The notes under the pieces are model-generated. The model was given only the letters and a program-made list of their open reading frames with translations, searched no databases and was not told where the DNA came from. 64,000 nucleotides of DNA, from contig OZ252243.1 in NCBI GenBank assembly GCA_965249555.1, forward strand, positions 2,144,001 to 2,208,000, read 5' to 3'. The first letter of the stretch is position 1; each line of letters opens with the position of its first letter. Below, one piece after another: positions 8,856 to 17,999 of this stretch. The translations under genes and the position numbers were made by a program. The DNA comes from Nitrosopumilus sp. (GTDB lineage Archaea; Thermoproteota; Nitrososphaeria; Nitrososphaerales; Nitrosopumilaceae).

Positions 8856-9085
8856 TAGTATTCAACCTCTACTGTACCCTTTGTATGAAAGACGTGATTT
8901 TGTCGTACATTTTTGATACTTGTATATTGTTGGACCATTCGGTTCAACCTCCTATTCCTGAAATAACGTTTCCAGTAGTACGATTCCTGTATGTGAAATT
9001 ACTTTCAGAACATCTCTTTGAGATATCCTGTTTGTAACTTCAAGGAATAATTTTCATTGAAACCGTCTGTGATTTCAATTATGTC

Positions 9086-9168
9086 ATCTCACATCCATCC
9101 GCTGAGTCGGTTCTGAAACTATGTTTCAAAATAAAATGGGTTTGGATGGTATGGCTCAGTCAAAAAAA
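9086..9168. promoter_or_regulatory. Conserved 83-bp element, copy 7
   Basis: Same variant as copy 5. Confidence 0.7.
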
Positions 9169-9180
9169 GATGCTGTATGT

Positions 9181-9603
9181 CTACAGCTTGTCTTCTATTC
9201 TCTTTAAGATACTTGTCATATCTTTGAGAGAATTTGATGTTTCTTTCTGAGATGATGCTGTCTCTTTCTGAGATGATGCTATCTCTTTGAGAATTCCAGA
9301 TATCTCTATATGGTTTTCTTTGAGAATTTTTGTATGGCTCTCAAGGATTTCATTTTGCTCGTTGAATCGCCTGTACAGCTTGTGTGCCACATCTCTTGTT
9401 GCAAGCATCATATAGACACCTACGACGCCGGCAATAATAAAGGCAGCTCCCAAGGCAATCAGCATTTCATTATATGGGGGCGTGATTCCAAGTGCCAGAA
9501 TACCTGCTCCCAGACACATTATAACAAACAACCAGTGGTTGCCTTTTGTGGTATCTTGTATTTGGAATGAAATCCTTCTTATCTGGTTTTTGATATCTAC
9601 CAC
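9181..9603 (-). CDS. Two-TM membrane protein with 3 heptads
   Basis: Same protein as 6624..7046. Confidence 0.8.
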   Translation of the reverse strand: MVDIKNQIRRISFQIQDTTKGNHWLFVIMCLGAGILALGITPPYNEMLIALGAAFIIAGVVGVYMMLATRDVAHKLYRRFNEQNEILESHTKILKENHIEISGILKEIASSQKETASSQKETSNSLKDMTSILKRIEDKL

Positions 9604-9680
9604 TTGTAATTTTCATCTCCGTTGTCTTTATCCCACATTATCCCAGTCATGTGTCTCATCTGTATGCTCCTCTTAAAAAA

Positions 9681-9914
9681 CTAAGAGACATGTACAAGCT
9701 CTGGTTCCTTGGACTGTTTCTGCAACATTTTTACTGCAATGACATGCGAGCATCCCCCTCGAAACTTGAATCCCATACATTCGCATATCTCATCATTTAT
9801 GATGTATGATCTTCCAGGAGTGGATGCGTTTACCTGGTAGGTATCATCATCAATCTGAATGATGCATTTTGTGTCTATGAGATTCTGTGCCTTTTTCTCT
9901 GTGAATTCAGACAT
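9681..9914 (-). CDS. SWIM zinc-finger protein
   Basis: CxC..CxH motif. Confidence 0.8.
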   Translation of the reverse strand: MSEFTEKKAQNLIDTKCIIQIDDDTYQVNASTPGRSYIINDEICECMGFKFRGGCSHVIAVKMLQKQSKEPELVHVS

Positions 9915-9964
9915 TGCCCACATTGGATGAAGACGTATCAAGGCGGATTTCTGTCGTATCACTC

Positions 9965-10318
9965 TCATAGAGTTGTACAATCTCCATCACACACTCGGGT
10001 TTCTAATGTTGCTCCTGCAAACCAATTACTTTTAGTTAGTTCTTGCAGCTGCTGTCCTACCTTGTTTTCAGATACTCCAGATGCTGATTTGGCAGGCCAT
10101 GTGATTCCAAGTTCTCTTTGTGTGTGTCCGCATTTCTCCGGTCCGTTGAATCTGATTTCAGTTGGAGTAATTGTCGGATAGTTCTCACCCATTCTGTCTG
10201 CAAGAACTACTCCAAGATGTCTTAGTGGTGTTACCATCTTTTTGAAACCCGTTGCAACTTTTGAGAATTTTTCCGCATCAAACTCTGGTGATACGTAATA
10301 GTAGTGAGTGTAACCCAT
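9965..10318 (-). CDS. MGYTHY-motif hypothetical protein
   Basis: Array copy. Confidence 0.6.
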   Translation of the reverse strand: MGYTHYYYVSPEFDAEKFSKVATGFKKMVTPLRHLGVVLADRMGENYPTITPTEIRFNGPEKCGHTQRELGITWPAKSASGVSENKVGQQLQELTKSNWFAGATLETRVCDGDCTTL

Positions 10319-10518
10319 TAGTTGCACTCTACACAGTTACATGACACTGCATGCTGTTCTGATAATGAGGAACAGTATGCTTCATTTGCAATCTTTTCCT
10401 CATGACACTGTTGCAGGATTTCAAGTTGTTCTGAACTCCACCCCATGCTAACTATACACTTTGTATGAGAGAGGGGATTTTGTTGTACATTTTTGATACT
10501 TGTATATTGTTGGACCAT
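10318..10518 (-). CDS. Small CNCVEC hypothetical protein
   Basis: Array copy. Confidence 0.45.
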   Translation of the reverse strand: MVQQYTSIKNVQQNPLSHTKCIVSMGWSSEQLEILQQCHEEKIANEAYCSSLSEQHAVSCNCVECN

Positions 10519-10657
10519 TCGGTTCAACCTCCTATTGCTGAAATAACGTTTCCAGTGGTACGATTCCTGTATGTGAAGTTACTTTTTGAGCATCTCTTTG
10601 AGATGTCATATTTGTAACTTCAAGGAATTTGAAACCGTTTGTGATTTCAATTATACA

Positions 10658-10739
10658 ATCTCACACCCGTCCGCTGAGTCGGTTCTGAAACTATGTTTCA
10701 AAATAAAACGGGTTTGGATGGTATGGCTCAGTCAAAAAA
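10658..10739. promoter_or_regulatory. Conserved element, copy 8
   Basis: Near-identical repeat ending in A6. Confidence 0.7.
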
Positions 10740-10755
10740 TGTGGTGTTTGAAAAC

Positions 10756-11433
10756 TCAGTCTTTGTTTTGTAGAATGTCTTTTACCTCGTTCAGAGATTT
10801 TGCCATCTCATTTTGAGATTTTGCCATCTCATTTTGAGATTTTGCAATATTGTTTTGTAGAATGTCTTTTACCTCGTTCAGAGATTTTGCCATCTCGTTC
10901 TGAGATTTTGCAATGGATTCCAATGCCGTCAGGTTTTCTTTGCCGACATCATATATTGCCTCTTTGATACTTGTGCCAATATTCATGTTTTCTTTGCCGA
11001 CATCATATATTGCCTCTTTGATACTTGTGCCAATATTCATGTTTTCTTTGCCGACATCATATATTGCCTCTTTGATACTTGTGCCAATATTCATGTTTTC
11101 TTTGCCGACATCATATATTGCCTCTTTGATACTTGTGCCAATATTCATGTTTTCTTTGCCGACATCATATATTGCCTCTTTGATACTTGTGCCAATATCC
11201 ATCGTAGTCCAAGACATTAACATACCTACGAATCCAACTATAATAAAGGCTATGCCTTCACTTAGCAGTCGTTTGTCTGTCAGTTGGCTTGTGATGGTTA
11301 GGAATGACCCAACTACTACCATTGCCACGAATATCATGTTTTGACGTCGTGTAAGACTGATTCTTATTTTCTCTGTTGTTATTTTTTCCATTTTCTTTTT
11401 TGTAATGCTGCAAGCATCATACCTTCTCCACAT
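10756..11433 (-). CDS. Two-TM membrane protein with five 18-aa repeats and AKSQNEM heptads
   Basis: 54-nt tandem repeat encoding NMNIGTSIKEAIYDVGKE; start uncertain. Confidence 0.8.
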   Translation of the reverse strand: MWRRYDACSITKKKMEKITTEKIRISLTRRQNMIFVAMVVVGSFLTITSQLTDKRLLSEGIAFIIVGFVGMLMSWTTMDIGTSIKEAIYDVGKENMNIGTSIKEAIYDVGKENMNIGTSIKEAIYDVGKENMNIGTSIKEAIYDVGKENMNIGTSIKEAIYDVGKENLTALESIAKSQNEMAKSLNEVKDILQNNIAKSQNEMAKSQNEMAKSLNEVKDILQNKD

Positions 11434-11767
11434 CCAATCTGCCTGTCAGGTGCATTTGCACTGATATTGGATTTGAGAGGATTGTCAGGTCAAAGTCAGT
11501 CCTTGTGATATACTGACTTGTGGTCGCATACTCGCATCAAGTCTATTGTATTTTCAGAATATCTTATGTTGTATAGTATTCTGTATTTTCCTACGTTGTA
11601 TGCAAATACTCGCATGTCTGGTTTGTAGACTCCCAAATTTGCAGGATTTTCAGAGTTTTCTAGTTCTTGGATTGCCTAGTTTATTCTTTGTTTGATTTAA
11701 GAATCAAGGTGCTTGTGTTGTTTGAGAAACTTTGCCTTTCTTGTGATATTCCAAGTTTCATTCAAGA

Positions 11768-12046
11768 TTATTCTTTGAGTTCTTTCATGAATTCGTCAAA
11801 TGACAGTGTCTTCTTTCCATCATCACTACTTCTAAACTCTATAATGTCTAATACCTCTTCTGGAATTAGATCATCTTCATGCAGTGATTTTAGGTGTCCC
11901 TCAAAAGTATCTGATCTGTAGTTGCCTTTCTCAAAATCTTTTCTGATTATCTCCAGCTTGTCTTCTGGGAAATGCTCAAAGGGATTTACAGTTCTTGTCT
12001 TAGACATGATTCTTGATTGAATTCTCTTGCTTTTAAGACTGTCCAA
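11768..12046 (-). CDS. Hypothetical protein with antitoxin-like C-terminus (LSFDEFMKEL)
   Basis: Coupled ORF; weak motif only. Confidence 0.5.
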   Translation of the reverse strand: MDSLKSKRIQSRIMSKTRTVNPFEHFPEDKLEIIRKDFEKGNYRSDTFEGHLKSLHEDDLIPEEVLDIIEFRSSDDGKKTLSFDEFMKELKE

Positions 12047-12245
12047 TCTTTTCGAGTTTGTGGATTATTTTTTGTACCTGCTCTTTTATGATACAGTCAA
12101 CTGTGTTTCCAGAACCCAGATTTGATTTCTGTACAAGTTGTGCATATGCATACTTTGTGGCCTTTCTTGCAACTGATTCCACTAGAACCTCAAAAAACGG
12201 TTCGTCCTGGAATTGTTTCAATGCAGATTCTTCAGCAGTCATCAT
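12033..12245 (-). CDS. Hypothetical protein
   Basis: Abuts the 347-aa ORF. Confidence 0.5.
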   Translation of the reverse strand: MMTAEESALKQFQDEPFFEVLVESVARKATKYAYAQLVQKSNLGSGNTVDCIIKEQVQKIIHKLEKIGQS

Positions 12246-13289
12246 CTATACTTTCTGATTCGCTGTTGGGACAGGAAGCGAGCTTGCAAAGGATTGTACC
12301 ATATGCTGGTTCTTTTCTTTGCGGTATTTTTTGGTTGGTAGATGACCATATTTGTAGTCCAGTCTCCTCAGTTCTGTACCATCCCATTTCTTCTCAAGAG
12401 AGTCTGCCTTTCTTCTGTACACTTTGGATTGTCTTTTGGATGTATGATTCCATGAATCAATCATCTCTGCAGATAGGACTGGCATTGTATGGTTGATGAA
12501 TGCTTTTGTCTCTGAGTCAAACTGTCTGTCTTTGGCATCATCTGTTGGCTCTCGATTGTATTTTTTGAGAATCTCTAGTTTGTCAGAGTCTGTCAATGGT
12601 CTGTCTCCTTCACTGATTGCAGCAACAAAAATCAGACTGCATGATAGTATGGGTCTGACCTGAACAGTCTTTACATCATTACCGCTTGGAATCAGCAACA
12701 ATTCCTCTTGGTGTAAATCTACCATACTTGTAGATGACATTCCAGCTAGTTTGCGTGTGATTCCAGTACTGTGGTATCTCCTTGGTCGGTGTGATAGAAT
12801 TCTGTCAGTCTTTATTGCTGCTCTGATGTCTTTTTTTGCAAATTCTGTCTCCAGGAATTGCTCATCCCATGATGGTACGATACCAGTAGTGAATCTCTTT
12901 CTTTGTACAAGGTATCCTCCACAGACACAACGAGTTATGTCTGCTGGTTGTTTCCAGGAATGGCATCTCTTGCAACAAGTTGCCTTTTCAGTTTTTATGG
13001 AATCCATGTCCACTGATTGCACTTCCAATGGATATGCTCCCTTGAATTTCTTCATTGGCATCTCAAATATGCAGAGTTTGCCGTCTTTGAGAACTGCTAC
13101 GGTTCCCTCTTGGACCCTGTATTGTATTAGAGCCTTGTTGGTTTGGTCATATTTGATATGACCTCTGTATCCTACAGATTCCAGTTTCTGCTCAAGGTAG
13201 TTCTTTGCCAAGAGTAGTTTCTGGCTTTGTACATTTTTTACACTTGTACATGTGTTTTGAATTTTTTTGCTTTGTGTTTTTCGCATCAT
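12246..13289 (-). CDS. Basic zinc-ribbon protein, candidate replication or DNA-processing protein
   Basis: CCKRC..CVCGG motif, basic C-terminus, divergent from the par genes; function inferred from context only. Confidence 0.6.
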   Translation of the reverse strand: MMRKTQSKKIQNTCTSVKNVQSQKLLLAKNYLEQKLESVGYRGHIKYDQTNKALIQYRVQEGTVAVLKDGKLCIFEMPMKKFKGAYPLEVQSVDMDSIKTEKATCCKRCHSWKQPADITRCVCGGYLVQRKRFTTGIVPSWDEQFLETEFAKKDIRAAIKTDRILSHRPRRYHSTGITRKLAGMSSTSMVDLHQEELLLIPSGNDVKTVQVRPILSCSLIFVAAISEGDRPLTDSDKLEILKKYNREPTDDAKDRQFDSETKAFINHTMPVLSAEMIDSWNHTSKRQSKVYRRKADSLEKKWDGTELRRLDYKYGHLPTKKYRKEKNQHMVQSFASSLPVPTANQKV

Positions 13290-13652
13290 AGTATTTTACC
13301 TCACCTAAATGGTGGTCTCTTCTCAAATGCTGCACTAATACAGATTGTAACTGATCTGTCCGTAGATAATCGATGTCGTCACCAGAGTATAGCTTGCGCT
13401 AGTATGAAAAAATAATTTCTGGTGTGAATATATTCCTCATCATTCAATGTCGGGAATCTATTCCTGTTGCTTCATCCTTTTTACGATGAAACAAATGATA
13501 CTGCTGTGCGGACTGGTTGTTCTCTTTGATGTTGTTGTATTTGAGAAAATTCTTTATCCCTCATACCTGCTCGCTGAGTCGATTTCTTTGCAGGGTTGGA
13601 GATTATATCTCAGTTTGACAAAACCTTGATCTTTTACCGACACTTAAAATAG

Positions 13653-13753
13653 TACAAAAACAAAATTGTATAGAGGGCTCAGATAGATGGCTGTCATCAC
13701 TAATGATGTCAGATTGCCAGAGACTCATCATAGCCCTCTATTTTGTTTTTGTA
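13653..13753. other. Long imperfect stem-loop (candidate ncRNA or origin)
   Basis: tacaaaaacaaaa..tagagggct pairs with agccctcta.ttttgtttttgta; inner tggc/gcca and catca/tgatg stems. Confidence 0.6.
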
Positions 13754-13799
13754 TGGTTGGAGATTCTATCTCGGTTTTGCAAAGATTTGGCGTATTTGT

Positions 13800-14065
13800 G
13801 GTTGTCTAATTAGACAGCCTTTTTGATATTTTTTGTTAAAATTGTGTTTTTTTGTTGTGTTTGAGAAAACCTAGGGATTTTTTCTTATCTGCTGATTTTA
13901 CAGTCTTTTTTGTTGTGTTGGTTTTTTTACGCTTGATTTTAATTATGTATGGAAATTTTCTATTCAGGACTTTTTTTATCTCCATCATACAGCAAAATGC
14001 ATGGGTCGTCAAATTAGGCAACCATACAAGTGATTTTGTGTTTGAGGTTGTCTATTTAGGCAACC
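13800..14065. promoter_or_regulatory. Three 20-bp imperfect palindromes (parC/operator candidates)
   Basis: ggttgtctaattagacagcc (13800), ggtcgtcaaattaggcaacc (14004), ggttgtctatttaggcaacc (14046). Confidence 0.6.
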
Positions 14066-14106
14066 ACAAAAAGTCGCCTTTTATTGAAAATTTACACCAT
14101 CATACG

Positions 14107-14961
14107 ATGAATGAAAATATAATTGGCTTAGACGTTGGAACTGGTTCAGTCAAAGTTGCAACGGTTCATGGAACGTTTGCATTCCCATCAATAGTTGCAA
14201 GAGGAAAAAGCATGGAGCTTGAATCAAGAGGAATGGTTCTAGTCGGAGAAGATGCAGTAAAGGCAGAACAGGTAAAGTCAGTGGTTCTAAAGACTCCAGT
14301 ATATAGAGGAGCGCCAACATCCATTAATGATTATTTGGAATTGATCAAACATGCATTAGATAAAGCAATAGAGCCACAAAAATATGCGTTATACAAATCC
14401 CAAAAGTATTCCGATTTGGTAATTATTGCAGGAATTCCTTACAATGCAAAAGAGTACAGTCAAAAAATAAAGGACTCAGTTATTGAAAAATTTGCCCCAA
14501 AGTTCTTTGGGTTGATGTATCAGGCAAAGGCAACGCTGGATAATGAAGATATGACTCATGGTATCGTATGTCATATCGGTCATGGTACAACTGAGATAAT
14601 GGTAGTATCGCATGGAAATATTGCACATGCTCAAACAATTAATCACGGGGTTGGAGACATAACAAATGTCATAACATCATCCAAGGCAGACTATTTGAAT
14701 GAGAAGATATTTTCAAAAAATACCGTACAATTAGCAGAGCAGAGAAAAATTCTTGCAGCACACATATCTGATGTATTGGAAAAAGTCATAATTGACTATC
14801 CACAGATTCCTGTGATTTGTGCAGGAGGCGGTGCACTAGTTCCAAAATTGATAGGTGAAATCAAAAATGACATAATTATCCATGTAAGAATTGCAAAGAA
14901 TCCAGTATATTCAAACGCACTTGGAATGCTAAAAAAGGCATCAAAACATGCCTCTGACTGA
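14107..14961 (+). CDS. parM: ParM/StbA-like actin-family ATPase
   Basis: IGLDVGTGSVK, HIGHGTTE, AGGGA and YSNALG actin-fold motifs; start moved to ATG 14107. Confidence 0.85.
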   Translation: MNENIIGLDVGTGSVKVATVHGTFAFPSIVARGKSMELESRGMVLVGEDAVKAEQVKSVVLKTPVYRGAPTSINDYLELIKHALDKAIEPQKYALYKSQKYSDLVIIAGIPYNAKEYSQKIKDSVIEKFAPKFFGLMYQAKATLDNEDMTHGIVCHIGHGTTEIMVVSHGNIAHAQTINHGVGDITNVITSSKADYLNEKIFSKNTVQLAEQRKILAAHISDVLEKVIIDYPQIPVICAGGGALVPKLIGEIKNDIIIHVRIAKNPVYSNALGMLKKASKHASD

Positions 14962-15226
14962 GAAAGAAAAGAGGGTAATTGTATCTCCTTTATCATTTTC
15001 ATCAAAACAAAGAAAGACTACCAAACACAGGACAAAGATAAAAATTCAAGATATATTGCATGATATGCAATTTCTAATTAAAAATCACCGTATAGTACAT
15101 GATGAGTTTGGAATTGATGTACTTGAAAATGCTGCAATGCCTGAGCATTTCTCAGAATCATACACCAAAGAGAATGACGGAGATACATCACATGATAAAC
15201 CATCAAATGATCCAGACCTGCTTTGA
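14948..15226 (+). CDS. Small DNA-binding protein, ParR-like adaptor candidate
   Basis: Overlaps the parM stop; basic N-terminus and acidic tail. Confidence 0.6.
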   Translation: MPLTEKEKRVIVSPLSFSSKQRKTTKHRTKIKIQDILHDMQFLIKNHRIVHDEFGIDVLENAAMPEHFSESYTKENDGDTSHDKPSNDPDLL

Positions 15227-15486
15227 ATTCAAATTAATTTTTCATTACATAGTGAAGAAATCAGAAACATGATGGTGATTTTTATACGACAAACATATTA
15301 TTTGTTTTATTGAAAGTTGAGTTTTTTTATTTTGAAGATATTGCAAAAGACAGCATTCAAAAAGATATCAACAGGTTTGTTGAGAATAAAAAATATAGTT
15401 GATTTAAAAATGACATCTGTCATAAACAATGACAAAATATTTGTGCAAATTTTGGTCATGTATGACGATGAAGAAAAAATATGAAA

Positions 15487-15897
15487 TTAGATTTTTGGTA
15501 AATCCTTGATTTTTTGTAGTTGTTGTATCATGTCTGGAATTTGTGCAGGAATCTCAAGAATGACAACTCTGTCTTTGGGATATTTACATGAATATTTAAG
15601 AGGATCATATTTGTGACAAGATATCCATGTTGGAGGTTCCAAAACAACTTTGTTACCATCAACTGACACCACTTTTAGTACTTCTACATATTCTAGTTTT
15701 TTATTATATACAATCTGAAATCCAAGGATTGTTAAATCATGATGATCGTGTGTAATTTTTGCAATTGTATCTATTGTATATCTAAATGCACTTGTTATTT
15801 CTATTTGTAATCTTTTTTGTTTTTCTGAATCTTTATTCATACACAATACTGTAAATTTTATAAAGTGAGATTTCAATTTTGTGGCAATAAAATCCAA
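15487..15897 (-). CDS. Hypothetical protein
   Basis: ORF only. Confidence 0.45.
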   Translation of the reverse strand: MDFIATKLKSHFIKFTVLCMNKDSEKQKRLQIEITSAFRYTIDTIAKITHDHHDLTILGFQIVYNKKLEYVEVLKVVSVDGNKVVLEPPTWISCHKYDPLKYSCKYPKDRVVILEIPAQIPDMIQQLQKIKDLPKI

Positions 15898-16003
15898 ACA
15901 TCAAAGATATTTTAGGTACAATAATTACAAACCCCAAAAAACACAGAATCAAAATAGCAACCAACCCAAATTAACTAATTCCATTACATTTTTTTCTATG
16001 GGC

Positions 16004-16414
16004 TCATTCCAATAGTACTGTCATGATGTCCACATCATAATTTCCCAACGTATCGTATGCGTCAAATTGTACGATTATCTCATCTCCAGGAGTCATACCT
16101 GTAACTGGTATTACATCCAGATACTCTTTTGATTCTAGTATGTGTATCAACGGAGTTGAATCTGGATTGTGCAGTAATTTTACATGCGAGATAGAATCTA
16201 CAGTAACTGTGACGTTTTGTATGGTGTAATCCCCCATATTGTGTATGGTATAACTCAAAAATACAATATCGTTTACAAGATCTGCCCTTGCAAAGACTTG
16301 TATCTCAAGCTCGTCAAGATTAGTTGCACCTGAATTCAATATTAATGCAAACACAGAGCCTGTAACTGCAGTAACTACTGCGATATGTATCATGGTTTCT
16401 TTTGTTAGCATCAT
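16004..16414 (-). CDS. Exported pilin-like/Ig-like small protein
   Basis: N-terminal hydrophobic helix followed by beta-rich TIHNMG..IQNVTV. Confidence 0.6.
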   Translation of the reverse strand: MMLTKETMIHIAVVTAVTGSVFALILNSGATNLDELEIQVFARADLVNDIVFLSYTIHNMGDYTIQNVTVTVDSISHVKLLHNPDSTPLIHILESKEYLDVIPVTGMTPGDEIIVQFDAYDTLGNYDVDIMTVLLE

Positions 16415-16941
16415 GACATATCACATGTGACGTATTTTTTTATCTCCAGTATTGCAGGGATCATACTATCAATGCTTGATGCTGTGATGACTAGTTTTGT
16501 ATCATATGCCTTTATTGCTACACCATTGGGAAATGACATCTGTATTGCAGGAAAAGACTGAATATCTTTTGTGTAATGGATGGTACCCCTCAAGACATCA
16601 ACATTTATCACACCATGATACTCAACAATTGCTGAAATCATAACTATTTGAGGTTGGGATGTTACAATACATTTCATCCCAATATCATTTAATTCCCTTA
16701 CAAAATCATGCAATGACTGTATTGCCTTTTCCTGAGTAGTTGATTTTGTAGAAGTCATTTTACCTGAATCATACAGATTGATTGTTCTCTGCTTTGTAGT
16801 AATTACAGTAGCTGGAAATCCATTCGGCCTATACTTTACACCATGTATTTTTTTTAAAATTATATCAACATCAAAACCTGAAATTTCTGCGCTTGAGACA
16901 TAGTTTGTTATCTTTATGATTGGCTTTTTGGTATCCGTCAT
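16411..16941 (-). CDS. tbp: Divergent TATA-box-binding protein homolog
   Basis: IKITNYVSS, YRPNGFPA, LYDSGKMTST and a second repeat with SFPAIQM; about 176 aa from MTDTKK. Confidence 0.75.
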   Translation of the reverse strand: MTDTKKPIIKITNYVSSAEISGFDVDIILKKIHGVKYRPNGFPATVITTKQRTINLYDSGKMTSTKSTTQEKAIQSLHDFVRELNDIGMKCIVTSQPQIVMISAIVEYHGVINVDVLRGTIHYTKDIQSFPAIQMSFPNGVAIKAYDTKLVITASSIDSMIPAILEIKKYVTCDMS

Positions 16942-16942
16942 G

Positions 16943-17314
16943 TTATGATATGGATGAATTGTATTTGAGCAGGCTTTTTCGGTGATGTACATTTGAGAGA
17001 ACAGTACAAAAACATGCAACAGTCACAATGTATGTAATTATTAGATCATCATACCACAAAAATACCACACACTGTATCAGAAAAGAAATTACACCAATTA
17101 AAAGAAATGACATTCCATTTGGGAGAAATTTTGAAAAAATATGAAACAGTTGGTTTGTCTCATGTGTTTTGTAGTTTGGAATTGATACGGTAGAGAGGAA
17201 ATCAGATGAGAACGCAACTCCCCATAACACAAATGGTATAATCACTCCATAATCTGCAAGAACTACTTTGAGTGCTATTCCAAATAGAACAGAAAATATG
17301 GCAGTGATAAACAA
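16943..17314 (-). CDS. Multi-TM membrane protein (DUF5658-like)
   Basis: DFLST...ETNQ motif and four hydrophobic helices. Confidence 0.55.
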   Translation of the reverse strand: MFITAIFSVLFGIALKVVLADYGVIIPFVLWGVAFSSDFLSTVSIPNYKTHETNQLFHIFSKFLPNGMSFLLIGVISFLIQCVVFLWYDDLIITYIVTVACFCTVLSNVHHRKSLLKYNSSIS

Positions 17315-17350
17315 GGATAAAAAATAACGTGGTGAGTAAAAAAAGACCCA

Positions 17351-17638
17351 TCACCTTGTTGGTGTTTTGTGTGGGTGGATCTTTAGTTGCAGTGCAACTA
17401 GGAAACCACCTCCAATCACTACCAGTGGAACTATTGCAAACATGTAATACTTTATTTCATATATCAGATCTGCCAAAAATCCGCCAAACAAGATTGGCTC
17501 ATCAGGAGGTGTCAGATTAGCATCCCAGTCATTTGCAAGTGCAATAATTACAGCAAGGACCATTATGCCTGCTCCGAGATAACCGAGTGGACCTTGTATT
17601 GCGTCATTTATGTTCTCACCTTTACTACGTCCTATCAT
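17351..17638 (-). CDS. Small two-TM protein, possible T4SS pilin or accessory
   Basis: 95 aa with two hydrophobic helices, downstream of the virD4-like gene. Confidence 0.5.
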   Translation of the reverse strand: MIGRSKGENINDAIQGPLGYLGAGIMVLAVIIALANDWDANLTPPDEPILFGGFLADLIYEIKYYMFAIVPLVVIGGGFLVALQLKIHPHKTPTR

Positions 17639-17768
17639 GTATGATGATGGTAGAATTGAATATAAACAGAGAATTTATCCAAAGAAATACAAAAACAGTA
17701 CAAAATCAGAAACGACATTAAGATAGAACAGTGAATTAAAGTCTTATAAAAAAACAGAAAAGACGTCA

Positions 17769-17999
17769 ATGAGTGATAGTGTGGATACACCAGTTGAACA
17801 AAAGTCATATCCCAGTAAGATATGGTATGTGGGACATTTCTTTTTATGGATTATAACCGGATTGGTATGTTATCTTATTTGGAAAGACAAAAACAAAGAA
17901 GCTGCAAGAAAACACTTGATTCACAGTATATGGATTGGATTAATTCCAGAAATTTTTGTATGGGTTGTACTTTTCTCCTCTTTTGGATTGTTAATTTAA
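17769..17999 (+). CDS. Small membrane protein
   Basis: WYVGHFFLWIITGLVCY..WKDKN...ARKHL. Confidence 0.6.
   Translation: MSDSVDTPVEQKSYPSKIWYVGHFFLWIITGLVCYLIWKDKNKEAARKHLIHSIWIGLIPEIFVWVVLFSSFGLLI

Larger units (their letters stand above)
280..10739. repeat. Tandem array of multi-gene units (types A and B plus a partial C), each headed by a conserved 83-bp element and a ~150-bp leader
   Basis: Element spacings 1823, 1677, 1614, 982, 1575, 982, 1572 bp; A+B blocks repeat with a 2557-bp period. Confidence 0.95.

Noticed and set aside
4567-9680. Whole array as an assembly artefact
   Set aside because: Units differ by SNPs, indels and heptad number; only the near-identical 2557-bp pair remains suspect without reads.
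433-10739. Classical integron with attC sites
   Set aside because: No RYYYAAC/GTTRRRY boxes and no tyrosine integrase in the window; units are multi-gene and share long leaders. Kept only as an analogy.
741-11344. Plus-strand ORFs in the array (e.g. 741..1169, 1525..1779, 2184..2420, 10913..11344)
   Set aside because: Antisense shadows of minus-strand genes or repeats, with no motifs.
13852-14106. N-terminal extension of the ParM ORF
   Set aside because: The actin motif starts right after ATG 14107; the extension covers the palindromic regulatory region.
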